The notes under the pieces: model-generated | Told to the model about the DNA's origin: nothing | Databases searched by the model: none | Seen by the model: the letters and a program-made list of their open reading frames with translations, nothing else | Shown: piece after piece, positions 12,160-25,239 of the stretch | Layout of the letters: each line of letters begins with the position of its first letter | Position numbering within the stretch: position 1 is the stretch's first letter | Source: Camelus dromedarius | Taxonomy: Eukaryota | Length of the DNA stretch: 64,000 nucleotides | Reading direction: 5' to 3' | Assembly: GCF_036321535.1 (NCBI RefSeq) | Contig: NC_087436.1 | Location: 80,168,001-80,232,000 of the forward strand | Position numbers and translations under genes: made by a program

Positions 12160-12700
12160 TCTTAAAATGGCTGCACCTTTGACATTTAAAGATTGGTTAT
12201 TACACATGCATAGAAGCTGCTTCTCCAAAAGATACTTGGCAGGTCTGTGCAATATTGTATGTATCAAGCATACTTAATGATCGCTTCCCAAATGACCCTC
12301 TCCTATTGCTGGGCAGAAGAAAGAGCTTTTAACAGGAAGGATAAATACATTATCAATTCAATTATTGCTTTATTATATTGCACTCATTAAAGACCGCTTG
12401 AAGAGTAGCATACATTGCACAAAAATTACTTAATTTCATGCATTTTAAAAGTAATTATTTACCTCCAAATTAATATTGCTTGAAAGATCTTAAATACCCT
12501 GCCACTGAAGGCTTCTGGAAAACTACAATGGTGATTTCTTTTACAGGGTGCAGAGGCATAAAACAGTAATTAAGATCCAGATAATGCTTAATAAGCATTC
12601 ACAGAATGCATCACTATAGTTTCACGCAAAAAGACAATAATATTCCACATGTTCCCAGTGTATTTCAAAACAAATGGATTTCAATCAAGTCTAAGGTTCA
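12160..12700. promoter_or_regulatory. Candidate conserved non-coding element
   Basis: Repeat-free AT-rich block with many TAAT/ATTA cores (taattattt, aattaatattg, gtaattaag, gataatgcttaata). Confidence 0.4.
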
Positions 12701-13109
12701 TATTTTTTAAATTTTAACTCATACTGACTTTCACCTGCATGGTATTTCTTTCCCTTAATGAAAATGCTTAAGTAAGACACTTGTAATAATACATGTTCAC
12801 AAGATGTGTTTATGAGATATAATGCATTGTTAAAAAAGCTTTTGCACAGTCATTTAAATATCATCACCATGACAAACCCAAATCCTTTTGGGAGCAAAGT
12901 CTTTTGAAACAAAGACATTTCTGGCCAAGACTTGTGAATGAGGCCAGCCTGAAAATTTTAGTTTGGCCTGAGACTAATGAAACAGGTTTGGTTTGTGGGG
13001 CTTTGTTTGTTCCCATGACCTATAAGCCCACGCTAAAAGCAACCTAAAAGTAGAGAATGGAAAAATGTTTCGTGCAATGGAAGCATGGTTGAAATGGGTG
13101 ACATTTTTC

Positions 13110-13215
13110 GATTTGTGAAACAAACATTCATTGCATGCCTACTGAAGGCTAAACACTGCTAGGTACTGGGATCCCAAAGACACCAGTCATGTTCTCAAAG
13201 TTCTTGAAGGTCTAC
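13110..13215 (-). mobile_element. L2 3' fragment
   Basis: 'aacaaacattcattgcatgcctactgaaggctaaacactgctaggtactggg'. Confidence 0.6.
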
Positions 13216-13529
13216 AATCAATAAATTTTCATTTTTTTCAGGTTGGTATTCAAACCTAATCATGGGTACTTCTAGCCTATTAACACATACTCATGAAACT
13301 AGAGGAGTCAGGCAAAAGACATCTCTGTTCTTGTTCTCATTCAGCGAGCAAGTGAATGAGTGAGTCTTTGGGAGGGTGGGGACAAAAGGAGGAAGGTGCC
13401 TGTAGCATCAGTCAACAATCTGTCAAGAGACTGCACGTCCTGTCTTCTCAGCTATCTGAACTCCTCAGAAAAAACACTTTGTGGAAGAATTTGTTCAACT
13501 GCTTGACCACAAAATAACTGATAAAAATG

Positions 13530-13690
13530 ATAATATAATTCTGAGGAATTTTCTAGTCAGACACATTTCACATACGTTTCCCCATTTAATCTTCAAATTA
13601 AGTCTGAGATAGTGAGGGTATGTTATTATCTTTATTTTCTAGATAAAGTTTAGCGAGGTTAACCACACAGTTAGGAAGTGACAATTCTGG
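13530..13690 (-). mobile_element. MIR fragment
   Basis: 'ccccatttaatcttcaaattaag...gttattatctttattttctagataaag...gaggttaaccacacag'. Confidence 0.55.
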
Positions 13691-14369
13691 GAATCCTCAG
13701 GAGTAGACAAACAATAAGCAATAAAAACAATGGGTACCAGATGCAAATTTTTCCAAAGTCTGCACTGTCAATAAATTTGTTAAAAGTTCCAACATATTTA
13801 TATTTTTGTTTCTGCCATTCGGTAGCTAAGACTGTTATTTATCCGCCACAATTAAATCAGCTGAAACATGCTGCAGTCAGTACTGCTGGTGATCTTAGAG
13901 ATGAGTTGAGTGGTAGTCAGTTTACTTCCCTAAGTAAGACTGCTTGGGCATAACAACAACAAAAAATACCCATCAATTTTGCTGCCATCTGACTTTTTCT
14001 TAAAGTCAAAATTAAGACTCAGATATTTGCTGTTGAATTAAGGAGGGTGTTTAAATGCTTGAATCATCCAGAAAGGCTATCTATATAGGAGTAAAAACAA
14101 TGCTGTTGGTAATATGTCAGATCTTCATTTTAAATAATCTGCTGTGCACATCATCACTGAATTGTACAGCAGGATGTAACTGATGCAATAACTAAGTGCA
14201 GTATATGAAAACAAAGAAAATAATCCATTTACCTCTAATTTTTCTTGGTTTTGCTCTTTAATCTGTAAGAATAAAGGCAGATCACTTATTTCTCCGCAAA
14301 GGACACCTGGCTGCATTATATTTAACAAACAGAAATAGAGTGTGGTTTGCAGTAGAGAATGCAGAACAT

Positions 14370-14600
14370 TGAAAAAAATCATGGGACTTACAGTCAAATC
14401 CTGGACTCTAGACCTTCCACCACTTGCTGTGTGACCTTGATCAAATCACCTCTCAGCCTTAGTTTCCCTATGGGAGAAGATAAAATGTGAATAATAATAG
14501 CACCCTGCAGGCTCACAGGCATAAGAAAGCAAAAGCGCTTTGTAAACCATGCAAAGGACTGTACACAGGAGGTATCAATTTTAGGTACTATTATTACTGT
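14370..14600 (+). mobile_element. MIR SINE
   Basis: 'ccaccacttgctgtgtgaccttgatcaaatcacctctcagccttagtttccc...aaaagcgctttgtaaac'. Confidence 0.75.
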
Positions 14601-14649
14601 TTTCATGATCATAGGGGATTTCTTTTTTTTTTTTTAATGTAGGTTTTTA

Positions 14650-15085
14650 AATGCCTGCGAAAATGGGGCAGTCACAGAACCTTGACTTTAAACAAACTTT
14701 ATTTGGGCGCATGACTGACTGGCAATTGTGTGCAATCATTTTAGCTGTCACGGGCCCAGAGAAATGTGGGAGAGCTCTTCCATGAAATGTTTATATTTCA
14801 TAAACAAAATGATGTGCTTAACAGTCAGAGCGATGGGAGGGTTCCGGCTAATGCATTTTCCAATGTGTGAGGCAGATTATTAATGCGCTCCAGTAGCTGT
14901 TAATTTCAGTTTGCCGGAATGATTTATGGGGAGGTAAAGGAGAGAGACATAATCTAATTGAGATCAGAATCACTGTTCTAGCAGCAAAGCACCAGCATGG
15001 GCCCTAGGCACGGCAGAATGATTAATATCTAATAAGCAAATAATCCGTTAAATAATTATAAACATTACTTTTGACAACTCTTTTG
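14650..15085. promoter_or_regulatory. Candidate conserved enhancer with PBX-HOX and MEIS motifs
   Basis: TGATTTATGG 14920-14929, TGATTAAT 15019-15026, CTGTCA 14745-14750, several TAAT/ATTA clusters, CpGs retained in an AT-rich context. Confidence 0.6.
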
Positions 15086-15167
15086 TTGGCAAATGAAAGA
15101 GAAAAAAAAGAAACAAAAGATCTAAAAATCACCATTTTTCCAAAAAAAGAAAAAAGAAGTGAATGAA

Positions 15168-15345
15168 GGGCTGCAAATAGCAAAATATCCTTCTTTCTTA
15201 TGGATGAGTTGTATTCCATTACATATACATGCTGCATCTTCTTAATCCATTCATCTACTGATGCACACTTAGGATGCTTCCATATCTTGGCCATTATAAA
15301 TAATATTGCCATTAATAGCGGGGTGTAAGTATCTTTTTTAATTAA
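15168..15345 (-). mobile_element. LINE-1 ORF2 C-terminal/3' UTR fragment
   Basis: ORF 15022-15312 reads 'LFIMAKIWKHPKCASVDEWIKKM', the L1 ORF2 C-terminal motif. Confidence 0.85.
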
Positions 15346-15898
15346 TCCTTATTTTGTGGTTGGCTTTATTCCTTTGATAACTTTGTAAGTTTAAAAAGCT
15401 AAAGCTCTAAACGTTCTTAGAAACAATGAATAGTACATATATGTAAATTTAAAGAAATACGTGCAGTATATTGTGTATAAGTATTTACATGCAATATATT
15501 GTATACGTACAGTCAAATTGTAACAATTCTCCCTAATAAAACTGAATAACTAAAATAAATAAATAAATACCACCACTTTCTCTAATAATAATATAAAGGC
15601 AGATTTCATCAGAGCAAGGGTGACGGACATAATAATGGGCTAGAGTATTATGATCAATTTTAAGACTGGGGAGGCATTTTACCATAATATGAATGATAAC
15701 TAAATGCCTGGAGCAAGATCACACTTCAGAAACAAAAATAAACAACACCAAGTTCTCAAAGTGTGGCTCTTCTCATCTGGCCTTGTCCTTAGCCTTCTAA
15801 TAGGCATGCCAGGCCCTTGTCACTATGAAGGTCATCGCATGTACCTGAAAAGGAAATGTTAAAGAGCCTCTCTTGCAACAGTTCCTTTTAGTTTCTTC

Positions 15899-18166
15899 CT
15901 TTTATAATTTTAATTTTAAAAAACGTTTAATGCACATAATGTAAAATACACCATTTTTATCGTTTTTAAGTAGGAAGTTCAGTGGCATTAGCTGTATTCA
16001 CTATGTTGTACAATCGTCACCACCATCCATCTCCAGAACTTTCTTCATCTTCCCAGACTGAAACAGTACCCTCTGAACAACTCTCCATTCCCTCATCCCT
16101 TCAGCCCCTGACACCTACCATTGCACTTTCCATCTCTATGAATTTGATTCCTCTAAGGAACTCACATAAGTGAAATCATACAATACTTTTCCTTTTTACT
16201 TAGCACAATGTCTTCAAGGTTCATCCATGTCATAACAGGTGTCAGAATTACTTCCTTTTTAAGGTTCAATAATATCTCATTGTATGTTATATCACATTTT
16301 GTTTATTCACTCATCTGTTGATGGACAGTTGGGTTGCTTCCACCTTTTGGCTACTGTGAATAATGCTGCTATGAAGAGTTGTATATACAACTATTTATTC
16401 AAATCCCTGCTTTCAATTCATTTTTCTCAGCTTTAATTGAAGTTTAATTGCCAAAATTGTAAGATACTTAAAACGTACAACATGATGACTTGATATACAA
16501 ATACATTGAATTAATTAACAAATCTATCCCCTCACGTATTTCATTTACCTTTCTTTTTTAGTATGTTAGATCCTCAGACCTTATTCGTATTATAACTGGA
16601 AGTCTGTACTCTTTACCAAACCTATTGGCTATTGTGAATAATGCTGCAGTGAATATGGGAGTACAGACATCTTTTAAAGATAATGATTTCATTTCCTTTG
16701 GATATATACCAAGAAGTCAGACTGCTGGATCATATGCTACTTCTATTTTTAATTTCGTGAGAAATCTCCATACTGTTCCATAGTGGCTGCACCAATTTAC
16801 ATTCCCACCAAGAGAGCGCAAGGATTCTCTTTTCTCCATATCCTCGCCAGCATTTGTTATCTCTTGTATTTATGATAATAGCCACTTTAACAGGTATGAG
16901 GTGATATGATATTGTAGTTTTCATTTATATTTCTCTGATGATTAGTGATATTGAGCACCTTTTCATGTACCTGTTGGCTATGCGTACTTTTTCCTGGAAA
17001 AATGTCTGTTCAGGCCTTTTGCCTATTTTTCAATTGGGTTATTTTGCTTTTTGCTACTGATTTATGTGAGTTCCTTGAATATTTTGGATATTGACTCCTT
17101 ATTGGATCTGTGGTTGGCAAATATTTTTTCCCATTCCATAGGCTGACTTTTTGTTTTGCTGATGGTTTCCCTTGCTGTGCAGAATCTTTTTAGTCTGATG
17201 TAGTCCCACTCATTTATTTTTGCTTTCGTTGCCTTTGCTTTTGATGTCGAATCCAAAAAATCATTTCCAAGACCAATGTGAAAGAGCTTATCCCCTATGT
17301 TTTCTTCAGGTTTTATGGTTTCAGGTATAATGCTCAAGTCTTTAATCTATTTTGAGTTGATTCGGAGGTATGGTATAAATTAGTGTCCAGTTTCATTCTT
17401 TTGCATATAGGGGTCCAGTTTTCTGAACATCATTTATTGAAAAGACTATCCTTTCCTCACTGTATATTCTTGGCTTCTTTGTTGTAAATCAACTGACCAT
17501 ATATGCATAGGTTTATTTCCGGACTGTTTATTCTGTTGCCTTGACCTGTATGTCTGTTTTGATGCCAATACCATTATAGTTTAGTTTACTACCACTTCAT
17601 GATACAGTTTAAAATCAGAAAATGTGACTTCTCCAGCTTTGTTGTTTCTCAAGACTGCTTTGACTTTTTGAGGTTTTTTGTCATTCCATATACATTTTAG
17701 GATTGTTTATTCTCTTTCTATGAAAAATTCCATTGGAATTTTGATAAGAATTATATTGAATCCATAGATCACTTTCAGTAGTAAGGACATTTTAACAATA
17801 TTATGTCTTCCAATCTGTGAACATGGAATCTTTCCATTTACTTATATTTTCTTTATTTTCTTAATCAACGTCCTACGGTTTTCAATGTACAGATCTTTCA
17901 TCTCCTTTCAACTTAGTTAATTTAGTTAAATTTCCTGCTTTCAATTCCTTTGAGTGTATAACCAGAAGTGGAATGGCTAGATCACATGGAAATTCCATTT
18001 TTAATTTTTTGAGGAACTGTCATAGTCTTTTCCATAGTATCTGCACCATTTTACGTTCCTACCAGCAGTGCCCAAGTGCTCCAATTTCTCCACATCCTCA
18101 TCAACACTTAATTTCTGTTTGTTTGGGTTTTTTTTTTTAATACTAGCCATCCTAATGCGTGTGAAG
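15899..18166 (-). mobile_element. Older L1 (L1MB-like) 3' portion, interrupted by a younger L1
   Basis: L1 3' UTR at 15899-16419 resumes at 17934; candidate TSD tagtttcttc at 15889-15898 and 18167-18176. Confidence 0.8.
16420..17933 (-). mobile_element. 5'-truncated LINE-1 (ORF2 3' part + 3' UTR) nested in an older L1
   Basis: ORF2-like peptides (17062-17337 'KAKINEWDYIRLKRFCTARETI'; 16730-16924 'NKCWRGYGEK...[10 protein letters not shown]'); perfect 14-bp TSD cctgctttcaattc at 16406-16419 and 17934-17947. Confidence 0.9.
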
Positions 18167-19864
18167 TAGTTTCTTCTTAAACAGAGTAAGTTGTCTAATC
18201 GGGCTTTGCTATCACCAAAGGACCAAATAAAAATTATTTCCGTCCAGGACCTACTCAGGGACTTTTACTTTGTTTTTAGTTCAACATGTATTTGGCATCT
18301 ACATTACGATGATTGTAGACCCCACTATGTATGCGTCAACTAGCTAAGGAGGTGAAACCATACTGAAATGAGTAGGAGTAACGAGAGGAAAAGAGACCCC
18401 TGGAGGGTTCAGCAGAGAGTATGTGCAGTTGAGTGGGGACATGCACATAGAGTCTCTTCCAGTTCAACACAGAAATCCCAAAGCTATTATCTAAGAAGAA
18501 CGTTCATGCACCCCTCAAGCCTTACTTCATCTTCCTCCTTAGCAATTCCCTCTGCACCTCCACGTCTCCAAGATTAATCACAGCTGTTTGAGGCACTATA
18601 CCATTGCCCACTCCATCTCCTGCTCCATTGCCTGTTCCTGATCACAAGTCTTAATCAATAATTTTCATGGTGGGATTAATTCCTCATTGCATGAGTGTAA
18701 ATTATCTAAAGTCTGATAAGGGCAACTCAACCACTCAGGGCCCTGGTGACTCTAATTCCTTGTCTTCCACTCTATTACTGACATTCTCTAGAGCACAGAC
18801 TAAATTATATCCCTTCTCTTTTCCTCAGTTTCTTCTTTCATAAAGTGGGAGCAACAGAATTAAGCTGCTGATTAGGTTAAGACCTAATCTAGACAGTGCA
18901 GCCTGCTTTGAGACTTTAAGATGCCTCTAATTAACATTACAAATAGCATTAAAGCTAATGTTAGTAATCTAAGAATTTATTAGCCCAGGGAAAACATTCA
19001 TAGATACAGGATAATAAAAGATCTAGTAAAGAATTGGCAACTAAAAATTTGAGACCTGGTCTTATATGTAATGTGCCAATCCCTTCCCAATTATCGTAAA
19101 GGCAACATAAAATGTCTAGTTAGGTAATACTACCACAAAAACTGTAAGAAATTATTAGCAACTTTGTTTTTTCAAAGAGTTTATTATATCTAAACTCAAA
19201 CGGAAAAGAAAAATCATCTACACTTCTAGTAACAGACCAGAATTGGCAATGCAAGGACTTCTAAGCATTCCTAAAATCTCACTCTAATAAATACTTTAGA
19301 GGTATTACCAGAATACTGTGATAGTATATTTCAACTTTCCTTTCTGTAACTCATCACTTAAGGTGTGCCTCTATCAAAAATGCCAGGAGAGGATGTGTCT
19401 CTCTTCTTTGCAGTCAAATTCCACATTACAGCAACAAAAATGGTTTTAGTTTTTTCAAAGAGTAGTTCTCTTAAGAAATTTGTTCAAAACCCACTAGATG
19501 TACATTAAGGAAACCAGCCCAAAAGATAAATAAATTTCAAGGCAGTCCCTCCATTCCCATTTAGCATGGGCAAGTCTCATTCCTCAGGATCCTTAAATAA
19601 TCTAGAGACACATCCCTTCTTCACAATCACTAAAGGATTAAAGTTGGAAATAATATCCTGAAATATCCAGTGAGACTTGGGTGCAGCCTTGACACTGCAC
19701 CTTTTGATTTTTGGAAGGGATACCCCATTTAAAGGTCACCGACTGGCTACCATTAAATTTTAAGGGTACCTGTGTTGCAAATGTTTAAGAGCATCTTACT
19801 TCAGATAGGTCTCCCTCAACCTATCTAAAGAACCCTATAAATATCAGAGCTTGAAACTGCTGTC

Positions 19865-19986
19865 CAGATACAGAAAGCAGAGCTTAGAGAGGTTACAAAG
19901 CTTACTGATCACAGATTCAGGACTAAAAATGAGAGCTCCTGAGTCGTTATCCACAAAACTTCCCACTCTCCCACACTGCTTCCTCA
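19865..19986 (-). mobile_element. MIR fragment
   Basis: 'cagatacagaaagcagagcttagagaggttac...ctcctgagtc...cccacactgcttcctc'. Confidence 0.5.
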
Positions 19987-20070
19987 CCAATTCCAGCTAA
20001 GTATCACATGTTATTGCTTCTAGCTGCCCATTCAACAAATTTAACTGATAGAATAAAACACATTTGAACG

Positions 20071-20900
20071 CATTCATTCATTCAGTCGTTGAGCACTTAG
20101 CGCATGCCGTACACTTTGCTAAGCTTTACGGTCAGCATTGTATGACAAACCTAACCTCGGGTGTTTATACTCTAAGAGGGGAGAGAGGAGTTGGGCAAGT
20201 AAATAGATTTTTTAAATATGCTTACACATTGTGATAAGTGCTATGAGGGAAATGGTGCTGAGATGGTCACAGAGGAGGCCAGTTTATGTTGGGTGGTTAG
20301 AGAGAAACTCTCTGAGTAGGGGTCATTTGAGCGGAAAGTGAAGCATGAAGATAAGCTACCACACAAAGAGCTGGGGAAGAGCACTGAAAGCTGAGGGAAC
20401 AGCGTGCAGGAAAGCCTCATGGCACAAGAGGGCTTGCTGGGCCAGAGGACTGGAAAAGAGACTGGTTGGCTGGGGTGCAGAAAGAGGTATAAAATGGGGT
20501 GACAGAGCATCCAGGACCTTGTAGGCCATTTTACGGAGGTTGGTTTTATTCGAAGAGCAATGAGATACTGTTGAAGGTTTAAGCTGAAGGATGATATAAT
20601 TTGCTTTATGTTTTTAAAAGATCATTCATAACAACAGTTGGGCAGAGAATGGATTGTAAGGAAATGAATGTGGAATCGGGAAGACAAGACAAGGCTAAAG
20701 CAATGCCCAGATGAGAAATAATGACGCTCTGACTAGGGTGATGGCAGTACGGTAAAAAGAAGTACATAGATTCCAGATGTTTTGGAAGCAGAACTGATAA
20801 GAGTTAGTGATCTGTAATTTGAGTGCAGGAAATAGACTAAGTGTGACTCTTAGTTGCTGTCATGAGTTAGTGGCGGTGCTATCTACAGAGGTGAAGAATT
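20071..20900 (-). mobile_element. L2 (L2a-like) 3' region
   Basis: 'cattcattcattcag...gataagtgctatgaggg...ggttttattcgaagagcaatgaga...tttatgtttttaaaagatcattc'. Confidence 0.85.
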
Positions 20901-21469
20901 TTGCTATAAGTTTGCTAAGTCCCCTCATGGTGAAGACTTCATGAATGTACTGCTTTGTAAAGCCAGGGGCATAACTAGATATTAGAAACATCTATGATAC
21001 CTCCAAGAGAACCACTCAAAGAGGTTCATCCATCTCTCCATTTGCTAAGCATTATCTCCCATCAATACTAAAAAGAACAGAAGAACACATCCCTGCATTA
21101 ATTACAGAACACTGATTACAATCAGCTCACTTTGGCAACTCCACACTCTTTCACTCCAGAGCTCTCCCAATGCCTGCCCAGTAGCTAGTGATTCACTTGC
21201 TAAGACTGTCAGGGAGCCTACCATCAGGTATAGATGCACTAGAAATAATAAGTAGGAGAAAGAATTCTGGACAAGGTATGTACTTTTGAACATCATCATA
21301 TAACATACTACCAACCTCTTAATACTTTGAACAAAATATCCATACTTTCCTATTTCACAGTTGCATACCTAAATGAAAATTTGCTCTTTTCTTCACATAA
21401 TTCAAACATGCCTAGACACCAAAAAGTGTTTTATAGTATTTCTGAGAGCAAAATCTATATACATTATAA

Positions 21470-21610
21470 TAAAAAACCATATTTGGTATTTGCTCAGCAC
21501 CATATGTTTTACAAAGCACTTTTACATACATGAGTTTAAACCATCTGGCAACACTAGTTAAGTCAACAGGACAGATATTATTATCCTTTATCTTCAGCTG
21601 AAGAAAATAA
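21470..21610 (-). mobile_element. MIR fragment
   Basis: 'tttacaaagcacttttacatacatgagtttaaaccatctggcaacac...cagatattattatcc'. Confidence 0.55.
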
Positions 21611-22229
21611 AGGATAATATGGAGAAAAAACTTTTAATTCAATTTAAAATATTTATCCCCTTCGATCTAGTAATTCAACAATCTACCCTAAAAAAATAAC
21701 TAGAAATAACAAAGAGATTTCATCATGTTACTGCTTCATCATTTTACTCAGGGCTGAGGTGTTTACCAAAAGGTATCTATGGTGATGCTGAGAAACTACC
21801 CACAATCGCTTTCAGAGAAAATCTGTTCCTCCGGTTTGTCAGCTCGCCCAAGAGCCGTTCATGTATCATTCCATTTGTGGGTTTCCCACCGAGACCTTCT
21901 GGACCTCACCTGATAAGGCTTTTTCTGTCAACTCAAAGGAAACTTCTTCTCTGGTTTAACTGTTTAACCACTCCCAGATAACTCTAGGAGTTTCCTCAGC
22001 ATAAAGGACTCCAGAATTTGTATTGTCCATTCTCATCTTTCTGCTAATCTATGACCAACAGAGAAGAATAGTTTTGCATTTGTTATGAATACAAAAAGTT
22101 GTTGCCTATTTAGTCTATTTTTCAAAATAATTAGTGTGCTCTTCTTTGAAGATAATATATGGTAAAGATTATCACAGATTAGACAGCTTCCTTTATAAGA
22201 CAACAAATAGGATTGTGTTTTATTCTCTC

Positions 22230-22570
22230 CCTCATTCACTCATTTATTCATGCACACAATGAACATCCAGCCAATGTCTACTCTTGGGCTGGTACAATTG
22301 TATGTGCTTTGGCTACAGAAGTGAACAAAGCAAAGTTGCTACCTTCATGTATCTTATGTTTAGTGAGACAATAAATAAGTAAGAAAATCAATTAGTTAAA
22401 TTATTTCTAGTAGTGATCAGCAATAATGAAAAATAAAGCAGGAATAAAGGATTCAGAGTTATGGGAGATGAGGAGAGCAATTTTAGATTAAGTGGTCAGG
22501 GAGGTCTCCCAACAGAAACCCAAATGGTGAGAAAGAATGAACCGTGGGGAGATCTGAGAGAGAGGACTAG
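22230..22570 (-). mobile_element. L2 fragment
   Basis: 'cattcactcatttattcatgc...cagaagtgaacaaagcaaag...ttttagattaagtggtcagggaggtctc'. Confidence 0.7.
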
Positions 22571-23889
22571 CACCACTATTTTTGAAACTCAGATCTCCTG
22601 AACTCTGAACCCTACAAATATATAATGGTCTTTCCAATGTAGTTGACTTTCCCCAACTAAATCTCTTACTTGTGTACCTAACCCATTCTAGCTCCATTCA
22701 CTCTTTTGGAACCCACTACTTGCCCTCCTGCCTAGCTCATCCTCCTAAGACATCCTGACACCTATGTCCCAGCAAAGAGGCAATTCTTCCTGCCTTTTTA
22801 CCAACAAATGAAGACAAAGACAAAAATGAAAGTTGAGGAGATTGTTGATAGCTTTGAGGGGTTTTTGTGGGGGAGGTGTGAAGAAGATGCAAGAAATGTT
22901 GTTGAAGTTTACTTTTGTGAAAAATTTGGAGGAATAATAACTATGAGATCTACAACAACAACAAGAAAGAAAAATGTGGGCAAACAAGATCATTGTGAAA
23001 TCTACGGAATATCAGCAAAACCAGAGAAACCAGGGAGAAAAGTAAAGCACCCCTCTTTGTTTAGGCCACCTACAGCTGGGTCAAGTCCACTGTCCAGGTT
23101 GTGCGTCTTCCCCAATTTCAGCACAGATGGAATAGAAAGTATAATTAACAACTTCGCCTTGACTTCTGTTCCTGAGTAAGTTCCCAAGTTCTAAAATCAG
23201 GTTATATGACAGAATACCAATATCCAGCTCTCACTAGGAAACTGAGTAGCCAGCCTTTTCCCTTGAGACACACAATATGCCTAAATTACTAAAAGTAAAT
23301 TTCCAAAGGGGGAAACAGGCTAATTCCCACCACAGAAGTGACCTAATCCCCCAGAAAATGAACTAAAGGGTGAATAATCAAACTTCAACTTTTGGTTCAC
23401 ATTTTTCTACACAAATATTCTACATTAATGCATATCCAGGAAGGGACCATAAACTGTAGAAATAGGAAGAGCAGTCCTACTTTCAAACTTGTAATGTTAT
23501 TCTCACCGTTTACACAACTGTCAAGGAACACTTCAGAAGGAGTCGTGGGTCCTGTGCTCAGGAAAGCATAAGACTTCAGGACCTGTAATAGCCCTTCACC
23601 AGAGAAATGCAACGTGTGTGTGTTGAAGGGGTCCCTCCTCTTCAAACTAACAATAGTTTACCATATCTGCTTTTCTCCTTGGAGTCTACATTGTTCTGGT
23701 TGCTTTTTTTTTTTTTTTTTTTTTGCAGAAATATAAAGCTAGAACTTCTCTAAACCTTTTCACATTTCCATAAAGTCCACTTTCCAAAAGGCAATTCATT
23801 TTGCTCTTCCATTAAACTACTCAGTAGGCACTGGAGATACAGAAACCAACAAAAGAAATAGAATCCTGCCCTCTTGGAACTTAGCCTAG

Positions 23890-25170
23890 ACTGAATCAAA
23901 GGTAGAAATGTAAAAATATGAAGTTATGAAAGTACTGGGATAAAATATCAGTGAGTTTTTTTTAATAATCTTAGCGTGACAGGGAAGCTTCTGTTTACAC
24001 ATTTTATTATGAAAACTAGAAATAATCAAAGACTAACATATTTATCATAAAAAATCATAAAAGACTGACAGATTTAAGAACAGAGTAAAACATTTAAATT
24101 GACAGCAAAATAATCACAAGAGCAAATAAACAAAGCCAAAAGATAAATGACAAACTGAAAAAAAAAAAAGTAATAGACACATCAGAAAGTAAACTTCTTA
24201 ATTCACAAAGAGTTCTTACAAAGCAACAAAAATAAGGTAAAACAAAGTATAAGAAAATGGGCAAAGGAACTATATATAAAAATAGATTTCAAAAAAATTC
24301 CTGCTGTACAGCACATGGAATTATGTTCAATATCTTGTAATAATCTTTAATGAAAAAAATATGAAAACCAATATATGCATGTATATGTATGACTGGGACA
24401 TTTTGCTGTACACCAGAAATTGACACATTGTAACTGACAGTACTTCAATTAAAAAAAGAAAAGAAAAGAAGAGAAAATGGTCAAAGGAATGATCAGAAAA
24501 CTTAAAGAAGAACTACAAATAGTCAATTAGCAAAGCTCAATCTTATTTAAAATACAAATTAAAACAAATAATATTTTATTTAAAATACTTTAAAAGATTT
24601 TAAGTTTTAAAATGTTCATGGGTATGGGGAAATGTTCACATGATATCAGAAAAGTATACATTTTTACATTTCCTTTTGGAAAAAAATTTGATAAAAATCT
24701 ATTAAAGTCTTAAATGTGCTAACCCTCTGACACCCTCCTCTGCTGCTTTTTCTTCTAATAGCTGATCACATAAGTATACTTAAAGAATGTGTGTATACAT
24801 ATAGAAGCAACAACATTCAAGACAGCGAAATTTGTAAAAAGGTTTAAAACCAATGAATGGTATTAGTATTAGGAATAGGAATTAATTACACATAATTGAA
24901 TACTCAGCAGTTGATAGAATGTGTACTTATATGAAAAGGTCTATGAGTTCTGATATGAAAAGATGTTTAAGATATATTCTTGATATTGTTGTATATTTAA
25001 TATATGTGTGTATAGGTATGTATATGTATACACAGATATGAAATTGTGGACAATGGTTATCTTTAACTATGAAAATTAAAATTATGGTGGTCACTTACTT
25101 TGTTAAAACATTTCTAAATTGTCTAAATTATTTTTACCATGTATTTTTACCTTTGCAATTAGAATAAATA
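23890..25170 (+). mobile_element. Highly diverged L1 (L1ME-like) ORF2 end/3' UTR
   Basis: A-rich; 'aaaagataaatgacaaactg', 'agaaaatgggcaaagga', 'aaaatctattaaagtcttaaatgtgc...ccctctgac'. Confidence 0.6.
24270..24471 (+). mobile_element. Young 5'-truncated L1 3' end nested in an old L1
   Basis: 'ctgtacagcacatggaattatgttcaatatcttgtaata...gctgtacaccagaaattgacacattgtaactgac' plus A-rich tail; 18-bp TSD with 1 mismatch at 24252-24269 and 24472-24489. Confidence 0.85.
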
Positions 25171-25239
25171 ATAAAGGAGCAAGATCCAGGGTTTAATAGT
25201 TACATGTTTGTTGGGCATTTTTTAAACTTCTTTTTAATG

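Noticed and set aside
16730..17337. Protein-like ORFs with L1 ORF2 motifs
   Set aside because: They are frameshifted fragments of a truncated L1, not host genes; the same applies to ORFs at 15022, 32453, 50842 and 51111.
22808..23179. 123-aa ORF (MKTKTKMKVEEIVDSF...)
   Set aside because: No recognisable homology and partly simple-repeat derived (aca repeats); cannot be supported as a CDS or pseudogene without a database search.
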